From a virus (Duplodnaviria > Caudoviricetes), in IMG/VR virus record IMGVR_UViG_3300037522_000124, positions 1 to 45,364 of that record: a stretch of DNA of 45,364 bases; one strand, given 5' to 3'. Below, piece by piece: positions 1 to 7,622 of the stretch. The notes beneath the pieces were generated by a model, which saw nothing but the letters and a program-made list of their open reading frames with translations, had not been told where the DNA came from and ran no database searches. Numbering within the stretch: the first letter of the stretch is position 1; each line of letters begins with the position of its first letter. A program made the position numbers and the translations under genes.

Positions 1-155
1 CGATCCCGCCCGGGACGCCGAATAGGAAGCTCCTACAGCGCGCGGCTAGGGATGCCGCGCATGCCAGATCGTGCGAGCCGGATCACATCGCGATCCGTCT
101 TGCGCTTTTTGCCGAGCTACGCGCCGCGCGTAGCTCGGAAAACCGGTCTCGTGCG

Positions 156-470
156 ATGAGACGCATCTGGTCAGACCCGGTCTTCGTTTTGCGGCAGCGC
201 GTGTATCGCGCGCTAAATCAGATCGGTTTAAGGCGCGAACATACGAGCCGATCCGGGAGTGCTTATTATTCGGACCCGGCCGGGAAGATCCGGGTCCGGG
301 TGTCGGATCATCACGTGCCAGAGACGGCGGAGCGCGACTATTCGGCGGCCAATGGCGGATGGTCCTGGACGAGATGCGGATGGGAAATAATCATCGACGA
401 TCGCTGCGATGAGGAGTCTGTCGCCGCGACCCTGGACGCCATCCGCGCACTTCGCGATGGCGTTGACTGA
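156..470 (+). CDS. Hypothetical early phage protein
   Basis: 104-aa ORF co-oriented with its neighbours and flanked by ACATC hairpins; contains an IRVSDH motif. Confidence 0.65.
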   Translation: MRRIWSDPVFVLRQRVYRALNQIGLRREHTSRSGSAYYSDPAGKIRVRVSDHHVPETAERDYSAANGGWSWTRCGWEIIIDDRCDEESVAATLDAIRALRDGVD

Positions 471-503
471 GGAGGCGTTGACCGGTCCGCGCGTACCAAA
501 CCA

Positions 504-528
504 CCGCTCGCGCACATCGCGCGGGCGG
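504..528 (+). repeat. ACATC-loop hairpin repeat, copy A
   Basis: CCGCTCGCGC-ACATC-GCGCGGGCGG: 10-bp stem with one G-T pair. Confidence 0.9.
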
Positions 529-590
529 ACGTCCCGGTCCTATTTTTTTGGGTTTTTTCATCATTTTTCGAAATTCGCAGAAGATTTTGC

Positions 591-618
591 TTGACATAGC
601 CGAAGAAGTGTATACAAT
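591..618 (+). promoter_or_regulatory. Sigma70-type promoter
   Basis: TTGACA at 591-596, 16-nt spacer, TACAAT at 613-618. Confidence 0.75.
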
Positions 619-625
619 TATGTCA

Positions 626-719
626 GTGGTGGCAACGATGAAAACAAAAAAACCAAGCCAAGCTCCTCACTCGACTCTATCGTGGTTGCCACCACGGAGT
701 TATGTGGGGAGCTTTTTTT
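626..719 (+). promoter_or_regulatory. Leader terminator/attenuator 1
   Basis: Stem 660-670/704-714 with T-tract 713-719. The 5' segment GTGGTGGCAAC (626-636) is exactly complementary to GTTGCCACCAC (685-695) in the hairpin apex. Confidence 0.75.
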
Positions 720-736
720 GTGGAGGAGATGACGAA

Positions 737-1519
737 ATGAACAGACGAGAACGGCTTGAGCGGAAACTAGAAAAACGACGCGAATGGGCAGAGAAACGAG
801 AGGCGGACGCCGCCAGCCGTTTCTCCGCTGCGGGTAAGGCGACCGATGGAATCCCTTTCGGACAGCCGATTCTTGTCGGGCACTATTCGGAGACACGGCA
901 CCGGTCCGCGCTCGCGCGGCACGATGCCAACATGCGGAAGGGATGCGAGTCCAAAGACATGGCCAAACACCACGAGAGCAAGGCCGCCGGTTTGGCATCT
1001 CAGCTTGAGAATTCGATCTATTCAGACGACCAAGACGCCTTGGTCCGTTTGGCTGAACACATCGCGGAACTAGAGGGGGAGCGCGAGCGGAATAACGCGA
1101 TAAACAAGATCGTACGAGCGAAACCACGCGCCAAGTTGACGGATGAGAAAATCGCCGATCTTGTCGCGCTCGGGATGTCGGATGCGGCAGCCCGGATGCT
1201 GTTCGAGCATGTTCCCGGCCATGGCATGGGAATTTCGTCATACGTGAATCGGAATCTGAGCGGCAACATTAGCCGCCTGCGAGTCCGCGCCAAGGACATC
1301 GAACGGCGGCAAGCTCGCATCGCAGACGCCACCGTGAACGGTGGAATCTGCATCGAAGGCGACGAATGGATTCGGATCACGTTTTCCGACAAACCAGAGC
1401 GCGGGATTCTAACCGCGCTCAAGACCGCTGGATTCCGCTGGGGCGGAGGATCGTGGACCGGCCGGAGAGATAATCTGCCCGCAAACGTCAGCGTCGATGC
1501 ATCCGACCGCGCCGAGTGA
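737..1519 (+). CDS. DUF3560 domain protein
   Basis: IPFGQPILVGHYSE motif typical of DUF3560. Start moved to ATG 737, which follows GGAGGAG; the upstream in-frame part overlaps the promoter and leader. Confidence 0.85.
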   Translation: MNRRERLERKLEKRREWAEKREADAASRFSAAGKATDGIPFGQPILVGHYSETRHRSALARHDANMRKGCESKDMAKHHESKAAGLASQLENSIYSDDQDALVRLAEHIAELEGERERNNAINKIVRAKPRAKLTDEKIADLVALGMSDAAARMLFEHVPGHGMGISSYVNRNLSGNISRLRVRAKDIERRQARIADATVNGGICIEGDEWIRITFSDKPERGILTALKTAGFRWGGGSWTGRRDNLPANVSVDASDRAE

Positions 1520-1526
1520 CCTTTCC

Positions 1527-1590
1527 CCGTCCGCGCACATCGCGCGGACGGAACTTAACCCTGCCGGGAGACCGGCATAATAGGAGATGA
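1527..1590 (+). repeat. ACATC-loop hairpin repeat, copy B, with second hairpin and RBS
   Basis: Perfect CCGTCCGCGC-ACATC-GCGCGGACGG, then AACTTAA, TGCCGG-GAGA-CCGGCA, ATAGGAGATG. Confidence 0.92.
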
Positions 1591-1594
1591 GAAG

Positions 1595-1912
1595 ATGAAG
1601 ATGAAAAGAACACTGATTGCGGAAGTGGACATTGGCGATTGGTCCCCTCCCGGAGGATCCTGGACGAAAATTGAATGCCGGATATACACCCTGCCATCCG
1701 GCCGGATAGAAGCTGAGGGAGAAGTCCAGCTCGGCTCAAATCAAGGATTTTTCGATTGTAATTACTCCCATGGCCCATGGCGCGGTAGGGCGGAAACAGC
1801 CAAAGCCGCCGTGAGTGCCATGGTCGCGCGAGCGGACAGCGACTACCAGGACGACATGCGTCGTGCGGGGCACGACGCGCTACTCGAATACGAGGATAAG
1901 ACGGCGAATTGA
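1595..1912 (+). CDS. Hypothetical early phage protein
   Basis: 105-aa ORF with AGGAG RBS, located between two hairpin repeats. Confidence 0.75.
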   Translation: MKMKRTLIAEVDIGDWSPPGGSWTKIECRIYTLPSGRIEAEGEVQLGSNQGFFDCNYSHGPWRGRAETAKAAVSAMVARADSDYQDDMRRAGHDALLEYEDKTAN

Positions 1913-1921
1913 CTTTCCTTC

Positions 1922-1985
1922 CCGTCCGCGCACATCGCGCGGGCGGAACTTAATTATCCGGCTTCGGCCGGCACATAGGAGATGA
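1922..1985 (+). repeat. ACATC-loop hairpin repeat, copy C, with second hairpin and RBS
   Basis: CCGTCCGCGC-ACATC-GCGCGGGCGG, then AACTTAA, CCGGC-TTCG-GCCGG, ATAGGAGATG. Confidence 0.92.
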
Positions 1986-2668
1986 TGATGGAGATGAACA
2001 AGAACCTTCGCCGGGCGGACCTTCGCGACGCGGACCTGCACGGCGCGGACCTACACGGCAAGGACCTACGCGGCGCGGACCTGCGCGGCGCGAACCTTCG
2101 CGACGCGGACCTAGGCAGCGCGGACCTGCGCTGGGCGAACCTAAGCGGCGCGGACCTTCGCGGCGCGGACCTACACGGCGCGGGCCTAGGCAGCGCGGGC
2201 CTAGGCAGCGCGGACCTAAGCGACGCGGACCTAAGCGGCGCGGACCTACGCGACGCGGACCTGCGCGACGCGGACCTGCACGGCGCGGACCTACGCTGGG
2301 CGAACCTGCGCCGGGCGGACCTACGCGGGGTGCTGTGGGGATTCGTGGTCCCCGCCATCGATAATATCGACGCGAGCGTGCTTGCGGCGATTAGCGGCGG
2401 CGGATCACTCAACATGGCTAAATGGCACGCATGTGACACGACACATTGCCGCGCCGGATGGGCCATCCACCTAGCCGGCGCGGCGGGGTACGCGCTAGAA
2501 AAACGCACAACGCCATATCTGGCCGGTCGCCTGATCTACGAGGCGTCTCGTCCGGGCGAGGCCCCTGACTTTTTCGCCTCCGACGAGGATGCGATGGAGG
2601 ATTTGCGGGCGGCCGCGTTGGGCGACGCGCTGTACAACGGCCCAGCATTTGATGATTGTTTGTATTGA
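1982..2668 (+). CDS. Pentapeptide repeat protein with Cys/His-rich C-terminal domain
   Basis: About 20 A(D/N)Lxx repeats (15-bp DNA periodicity, ~2007-2330), followed by WHACDTTHCRAGW. Confidence 0.92.
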   Translation: MMMEMNKNLRRADLRDADLHGADLHGKDLRGADLRGANLRDADLGSADLRWANLSGADLRGADLHGAGLGSAGLGSADLSDADLSGADLRDADLRDADLHGADLRWANLRRADLRGVLWGFVVPAIDNIDASVLAAISGGGSLNMAKWHACDTTHCRAGWAIHLAGAAGYALEKRTTPYLAGRLIYEASRPGEAPDFFASDEDAMEDLRAAALGDALYNGPAFDDCLY

Positions 2669-2687
2669 CAATTTGCCCGGTAGGGCG

Positions 2688-2734
2688 GCGTCGGCGCGTG
2701 GTCCGTCTCATCTCCGACCCGCGTCGGCGCTTTT
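2688..2734 (+). terminator. Putative intrinsic terminator
   Basis: GCGTCGGCGCG / CGCGTCGGCGC stem with G-T pairs, followed by TTTT. Confidence 0.45.
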
Positions 2735-2752
2735 CATGTCAAGGATGAAGGG

Positions 2753-4192
2753 ATGACGAAGATTGAATATGAAACCTTTTTGGATCGGAAGCGGCACATC
2801 GGATCGACACATGGCTTTGATCCAATTGAGATTCCGTCTTTTCTATTTGACTTTCAAAAGTCGATTGTCGAGTGGTCCATCCTCAAAGGCCGCTGTGCAA
2901 ACTTTGCTGACTGCGGACTTGGAAAAACCCTGATGCAACTCGTATGGGCCGACAATGTTTTGAGGCACACTGGAAAACCGGTGTTGATTCTTACACCGCT
3001 GGCCGTTGCTCGGCAAACAGAACGCGAAGCAAACAAATTTGGAATTGATGTTACTTGCAGCCAAACCGGCGATGTCTCCGGCGGAATTGTCATCACGAAT
3101 TACGAACGATTGCAGAACTTCAAGAGTGAAGATTTCTCAGGCGTAGTCTGTGATGAGTCGAGCATCCTGAAATCATTTTCAGGGCAGCGCAGAAAACAAA
3201 TCACGAGATTTATGCTCAAGCTCCCATACCGTTTGCTCTGTACGGCAACAGCGGCGCCGAATGATTATGTTGAACTCGGAACATCATCCGAGGCGCTTGG
3301 TGAGTTATCGAACAGCGAGATGCTCAAGATGTTTTTCAAGCAACTCGATGATAAAGGTCAGAAGTCTGAATCAAGGCATCAAGAGGAAGCTGAATTTCTA
3401 ATTGAGAATGATCCAAGCTATTTTCAGAAGCTGTCATACCGGGTGGCTCAGACTATCGGCCAATGGCGATTGAAGCATCATGCAGTGACGCATTTCTGGC
3501 GGTGGGTCTCGTCCTGGGCCAAGGCTTGCCGGATGCCGTCCGATTTGGGTTTTGAAAACGGAAATTTCGTGCTGCCGCCATTCACCGAGACAGATCACAT
3601 CATCGATGTTCCTCCTCCTCCTGGGCATTTCTTCGCCGTCCCGGCAAAGGGCATGGGCGACGAGAGAGCAGAGCGGCGGCGAACCCTCAAGCAACGCTGT
3701 GAATTCGTTGCGGATTTGGTTGATCATGACCGGCCCGCGCTGGTGTGGTGCCACATGAACGATGAGGGGGACATGCTGGAAAAGACAATCCCAGACGCCG
3801 TGCAGGTTGCGGGCAAAACTCCCGATGACCGCAAGTGTGAAATCTACGAAAGGTTCATCGATGGAGAAATTCGCGTTCTCGTTTGCAAGCCGAAAATTGG
3901 AGCGTGGGGACTGAACTTCCAGCACTGCAGCCATGTTGTTGAGTTCGCGACACACAGCTATGAGCAGCATTATCAGGGCGTGCGGCGGTGCTGGCGATTC
4001 GGACAAACAAGGCCGGTCCAAAACGACATCATTGCAACTGAGGGCGAAGTCCGCGTTCTCAAGAATATGAGACGCAAGAGCATTCAAGCCCAGAAAATGT
4101 TCGAATCGCTCGTGGCGGAAATGAATCGAGCGGAAAAGATCGAACGAATTGATAATCACGTTATAGCAATGGAGATACCGGCGTGGCTGTAA
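2753..4192 (+). CDS. SNF2/SF2-type phage helicase
   Basis: Walker A DCGLGKT, Walker B CDESS, TATAAPN, GLNFQ, and motif VI QGVRRCWRFGQ. Confidence 0.9.
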   Translation: MTKIEYETFLDRKRHIGSTHGFDPIEIPSFLFDFQKSIVEWSILKGRCANFADCGLGKTLMQLVWADNVLRHTGKPVLILTPLAVARQTEREANKFGIDVTCSQTGDVSGGIVITNYERLQNFKSEDFSGVVCDESSILKSFSGQRRKQITRFMLKLPYRLLCTATAAPNDYVELGTSSEALGELSNSEMLKMFFKQLDDKGQKSESRHQEEAEFLIENDPSYFQKLSYRVAQTIGQWRLKHHAVTHFWRWVSSWAKACRMPSDLGFENGNFVLPPFTETDHIIDVPPPPGHFFAVPAKGMGDERAERRRTLKQRCEFVADLVDHDRPALVWCHMNDEGDMLEKTIPDAVQVAGKTPDDRKCEIYERFIDGEIRVLVCKPKIGAWGLNFQHCSHVVEFATHSYEQHYQGVRRCWRFGQTRPVQNDIIATEGEVRVLKNMRRKSIQAQKMFESLVAEMNRAEKIERIDNHVIAMEIPAWL

Positions 4193-5136
4193 TCGGTCAG
4201 GTCATTTCAGAGCAATACGCACTTTATAACGGCGATTGTGTCACCGTGATGCAAGGAATGCCGGATGAGTTTGTGGGAATGTCGGTTTACTCTCCGCCGT
4301 TTGCAGGTCTGTACTGCTACAGTTCCGACGAACAGGACTTGTCCAACTGTATCGACCACGACGAGTTCTTTGAGCACTATGGATATGTGATCGACGAACT
4401 TTTCCGCCTGACAATGCCGGGGAGGGTTTCGGCAGTTCACTGCATGGATATTCCGTTGAGCAACGCGGGCTGCGATGCGATGTTCGATCTTCCTGGGAGA
4501 ATTATTGTCGAACATGAAAAGCGGGGATGGCAATACGGCGGGCGTCGGGTGATCTGGAAGGAACCGCTAATGGTTCGCAACCGAACTATGATGAAGTCTC
4601 TGCATCATAAGACACTTTGCCAGGACGCAACAAAAACTAGCATTGCCAATGCCGATTATCTCCTAATGTTCCGGCGCAAGGGCGAGAACAAAGTTCCGGT
4701 GATTCATTCCGAAGGTCTCATGCGATATGCGGGAGAGAATCAACCGCCGTCTGGTATTCTTGGTTATCGTGGAATGAATGGAGATCAAAAGAAAAACAAA
4801 TACTCGCAATACATTTGGCGTCAGTATGCATCGTCTGTGTGGATGGATATTCGCATCGATGAAGTGCTGCCTTATCGCGAAGCAAAAGAGGGAGAAGACG
4901 AAAAACACGTTCACCCGTTGCAACTCGATGTTATCGAACGTGCATGCGTTTTGTGGACAAATCCCGGCGAGAATGTTTTGACGCCGTTCATGGGCGTTGG
5001 CTCCGAAGTATACGGAGCAGTCCTCAATGGTCGTCGCGGTGTTGGGATAGAACTCAAGCACTCGTACTACAACCAAGCCGTGCAGAATGTGCCGCAGGCG
5101 TTAGAAAAACAAGTCACGGAAAATGTGCTGTTCTGA
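4183..5136 (+). CDS. N4-cytosine/N6-adenine DNA methyltransferase (beta class)
   Basis: Catalytic SPPF near the N-terminus, HVHPLQ, and SAM-binding VLTPFMGVGS near the C-terminus. Confidence 0.9.
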   Translation: MAVIGQVISEQYALYNGDCVTVMQGMPDEFVGMSVYSPPFAGLYCYSSDEQDLSNCIDHDEFFEHYGYVIDELFRLTMPGRVSAVHCMDIPLSNAGCDAMFDLPGRIIVEHEKRGWQYGGRRVIWKEPLMVRNRTMMKSLHHKTLCQDATKTSIANADYLLMFRRKGENKVPVIHSEGLMRYAGENQPPSGILGYRGMNGDQKKNKYSQYIWRQYASSVWMDIRIDEVLPYREAKEGEDEKHVHPLQLDVIERACVLWTNPGENVLTPFMGVGSEVYGAVLNGRRGVGIELKHSYYNQAVQNVPQALEKQVTENVLF

Positions 5137-5537
5137 TGATTGATGTTTACATTGCATCGCCGTACTCGCATCCAGATCCAGCCGTAAGGCGACTGCGGTT
5201 CGAGCAAGCCTGCCGCTATGCAGGCCGCCTGTTAGTTCAGGGGATTACCGCGTTTTCGCCGATTGCTCATTCGCATCCGATTGCGGAACTGTGCGATCTA
5301 CCGAAAGGGTTTGAATTCTGGCGGAAATTCGATCACTCGTTTCTGTCCTCTTGCGATGCAATGCATGTGTTGCAATTGGACGGCTGGCAAGATTCGGCTG
5401 GCATACTTGCGGAAATTGAAATTGCGGAGTCTCTTGGAATTGTTGTTTCAATGATCGACGGAGCGGCGTTGGAACTGCTGAACCACGAAGCGGAACAAAT
5501 TATCGAACAAGTGAAAATCGGCCAAGTTCCGTCTTGA
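5136..5537 (+). CDS. DUF1937 family protein (nucleoside deoxyribosyltransferase-like fold)
   Basis: YIASPYSHPD...FSPIAHSH...GWQDSAGILAEI. ATG overlaps the methylase stop codon (TGATG). Confidence 0.85.
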   Translation: MIDVYIASPYSHPDPAVRRLRFEQACRYAGRLLVQGITAFSPIAHSHPIAELCDLPKGFEFWRKFDHSFLSSCDAMHVLQLDGWQDSAGILAEIEIAESLGIVVSMIDGAALELLNHEAEQIIEQVKIGQVPS

Positions 5538-5562
5538 CAACCCAAAGCGGTTGCGGCATTAT
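5534..5562 (+). promoter_or_regulatory. Sigma70-type promoter
   Basis: TTGACA at 5534-5539, 17-nt spacer, CATTAT. The TGYGGCATYATGCG context is shared with the promoters at 6362 and 7623. Confidence 0.7.
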
Positions 5563-5570
5563 GCGTGCAC

Positions 5571-5692
5571 GGTGAAAAGATGAAACCTGCAAACAACACA
5601 AAAAAAATGGCATGCGTTGTTCTGGGGTGCAGCGAAAGCTGTTGGGTTTCATCGACTCACCACACCCCCAGAACAACGCATGCTGTTTTTTT
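5571..5692 (+). promoter_or_regulatory. Leader terminator/attenuator 2
   Basis: Perfect 18-bp stem 5610-5627/5666-5683, flanked by an A-tract and a T-tract. 5' GGTGA (5571-5575) and GATGAAACC (5579-5587) are complementary to TCACC (5657-5661) and GGTTTCATC (5645-5653) inside the loop. Confidence 0.78.
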
Positions 5693-5757
5693 ACGCGACA
5701 ACCAAAAGAGAATGACCCATTCGAGGATGAATCGGGTGGCAGAGCCCGAAGGAGAGG

Positions 5758-6027
5758 ATGGCCGAACGGATTCGGACGATCAGGATGATCAGGAGCGACC
5801 ACCTGGGAGCCGAGGAAATGGCAAGGGCACGGATGCCCCGGGTGGTTCTTCTCGCACTCCGGCCGAGGAATTCGGAATTCAGAAGTCCAAGACGATTAAG
5901 ACCGCCGAAGCGCTGCCTGCGGGGAAAGGTCGGGATGAGTAGGAAGATTTTCAAGATTTCGCCTACTCATTCCGGCGGTCCTCGAGGGTTAATTACTCAT
6001 GGCCAAAACCTAGAAACAAGGAGTTAA
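5758..6027 (+). CDS. Hypothetical basic protein
   Basis: 89-aa ORF with GGAGAGG just upstream. It competes with an overlapping frame, so the real frame is uncertain. Confidence 0.35.
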   Translation: MAERIRTIRMIRSDHLGAEEMARARMPRVVLLALRPRNSEFRSPRRLRPPKRCLRGKVGMSRKIFKISPTHSGGPRGLITHGQNLETRS

Positions 6028-6029
6028 CG

Positions 6030-6302
6030 ATGGCGAAGAAATCAGCACCCAAGGGGCAACTCGGCGATTGGCTGGAAGAAGTCCCGGAAGTCGTTCAGAA
6101 TGCGGCCGACGAATTTGACAAGGCCCACGTCGCCAAGGGAAAGGCGTCCGGCAAGCTCAACACGGCTAAGGAAGTTCTGATCGAGAAAATGCGGGAAGCC
6201 GGAGTTAAGAAAGTCCGTGTTCGCAACGGCGAGAAGGTCCTGAAACTCACCGAACTTGACAAGATCACCTACGCGAAGCCGGAAGCTACTATTTCCGAGT
6301 AA
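6030..6302 (+). CDS. Hypothetical protein
   Basis: 90 aa, strong AAGGAG RBS, helical charged sequence. Confidence 0.8.
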   Translation: MAKKSAPKGQLGDWLEEVPEVVQNAADEFDKAHVAKGKASGKLNTAKEVLIEKMREAGVKKVRVRNGEKVLKLTELDKITYAKPEATISE

Positions 6303-6361
6303 ACAACATTATCGGCGGCGATGACGAGGTTGAACTATCCGGAAATTCCGGATAGTTGCCA

Positions 6362-6390
6362 TTGACATCTATTCGGAAGTGTGGCATCAT
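6362..6390 (+). promoter_or_regulatory. Sigma70-type promoter with extended -10
   Basis: TTGACA at 6362-6367, 17-nt spacer, TG-G-CATCAT. Confidence 0.72.
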
Positions 6391-6397
6391 GCGGACT

Positions 6398-6495
6398 GCT
6401 GTGTACCTACGGCGAAAATCGGAAACACCCGCTTCGGCGGTTTTCAACCGAATGTTTGCAGAGGTACCTGCGAACGTTCGGTTTTTTTCGTGGAT
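6398..6495 (+). promoter_or_regulatory. Structured leader 3 (three hairpins, terminator)
   Basis: GCTGT-GTACCT-ACGGC; CCGC-TTCG-GCGG; terminator stem 6446-6461/6468-6483 with loop AGGTAC and a T-tract. Homologous to 7641-7740. Confidence 0.82.
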
Positions 6496-6509
6496 AAAGA
6501 ATAAAAAGG

Positions 6510-7250
6510 ATGAGTATGATGAAGCTGAATCAGTTGATCGCGTTAGTCTGTGGAAAAAAAAGTCGCGTAAAAGAAGCGACAACAAAAGCGTATCACACGC
6601 TGCAAGCTGCCGAACTTTTCGACGGGATGAATCGTACATACCGTCCTCGTGACGATGATGGGGAAACACTCCCCGACGAGACAAAAAAGATTCAGCAACA
6701 CGCCGATTCTGTAGTCCGGACCGCGTGCGGAGAGTGGGGAGACCTACTCGACCTAGTCATTACACAGGACGAACAGAATCGACTCGCCGACGGTGAAATC
6801 AAGCTGGATGGCCAAGTCATTGTGCCAAAAGTGCCGGTAACGACTCTGCTGTACCTTGAGAAAGCGCTCACCGACATCAGGACGCTAGTCTCGGCTGTGC
6901 CAACCCTCGACCCGTCTGAGGAATGGGACTTCTCGGAATCAACCGGCTACTATGAGACAGGGTCTCGCGGTTCAATTAAAACTAAAAAGGTCTTCAAAAA
7001 TCACGTCGCCTATGAAGCCACCAAAGAACATCCCGCACAAGTTCAGACCTATACTGAAGACGTCCAGGTAGGAACATGGGTGGCGAGAAAGTTTTCGTCC
7101 AGGTGGACGGAGGCGAAAAAAAGCAGTGCGCTAAACAAGATTCAGCATCTCTTGGACGCCGTCAAGACGGCTAGGGAGGACGCGAACTGCCTTGAATTCT
7201 TAGGCACGAGAGTTGTGTCAGCGGCGATCTTCGATTACCTGAAAATATGA
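6510..7250 (+). CDS. Conserved uncharacterised phage/bacterial protein (KLNQLIA...RTYRPRDDDGETLP...EATKEHPAQV family; recalled as DUF7873-like)
   Basis: 246-aa ORF with AAGGA RBS. Family recognised from memory only; function unknown. Confidence 0.85.
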   Translation: MSMMKLNQLIALVCGKKSRVKEATTKAYHTLQAAELFDGMNRTYRPRDDDGETLPDETKKIQQHADSVVRTACGEWGDLLDLVITQDEQNRLADGEIKLDGQVIVPKVPVTTLLYLEKALTDIRTLVSAVPTLDPSEEWDFSESTGYYETGSRGSIKTKKVFKNHVAYEATKEHPAQVQTYTEDVQVGTWVARKFSSRWTEAKKSSALNKIQHLLDAVKTAREDANCLEFLGTRVVSAAIFDYLKI

Positions 7251-7254
7251 AAAC

Positions 7255-7602
7255 ACCGCAAGCTTAATTTCATTTTCAACCTAAAGCGCGTGGCTTCCCC
7301 AATGCGGAATGCCCACGCAAATCAACTTGAAATTATCGGTGTAATCTCAACAAGGAAATCAAGTGATGAATCGAGTGACCGCAAATGTTGAAACGAGAGA
7401 TGCTGGTTCAATTCCGGCCCTGGACGCCTTATGCGTTCAACACAATTCGCCCAGGTGGTCTAATCGCAAGACGCTGGTTTTTAATCTGACGTTGCGGCGA
7501 GTGGAAGTCGTCATCATGAGTAAATTTCCTAGTCCGGCCAGGACTTGAAATCCTCTAGCCAAACCGCTTCCCGTCGCAGGCTACGCGGCGGGAAGCCTTT
7601 TT
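7255..7602 (+). ncRNA. Putative ncRNA containing a circularly permuted tRNA-like domain (YrlA-like topology)
   Basis: T-arm GCTGG-TTCAATT-CCGGC (7402-7418) and 3' acceptor strand CCTGGAC (7419-7425) come before the 5' acceptor strand GCCCAGG (7449-7455) and D-arm GTCT-AATCGCA-AGAC (7458-7472). Nested long-range stems enclose the domain, and it ends in a terminator. Confidence 0.75.
7566..7602 (+). terminator. Intrinsic terminator closing the protein + ncRNA unit
   Basis: GCTTCCCGTCGC-AGGCTAC-GCGGCGGGAAGC followed by a T-run. Confidence 0.85.
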
Positions 7603-7622
7603 ATTTAATTGCATGTCGTAAG

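Noticed and set aside
548-736. N-terminal extensions of ORFs 548-1519 and 7545-8636, and ORFs 5565-5942 and 6356-6652
   Set aside because: They run through promoter and terminator leaders; better RBS-linked starts lie downstream.
504-1946. CRISPR or integron attC array from the hairpin repeats
   Set aside because: Spacing is gene-sized; there are no RYYYAAC/GTTRRRY ends and no integrase in the window. The cassette idea is kept only as inference.
1954-2508. Minus-strand RSAxx repeat ORF
   Set aside because: Antisense shadow of the pentapeptide gene.
2666-2700. TTGACA promoter at the end of the pentapeptide gene
   Set aside because: No acceptable -10 at 16-18 nt spacing.
2753-5136. Restriction-modification or DISARM-like defence system
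   Set aside because: No nuclease or other defence partner; helicase plus methylase pairs are common phage genes.
7391-7480. Canonical tRNA gene
   Set aside because: The halves are in reversed order and there is no anticodon loop; recorded as a permuted tRNA-like ncRNA instead.
7363-7548. 61-aa ORF
   Set aside because: It overlies the tRNA-like structure and has no convincing RBS or protein features.
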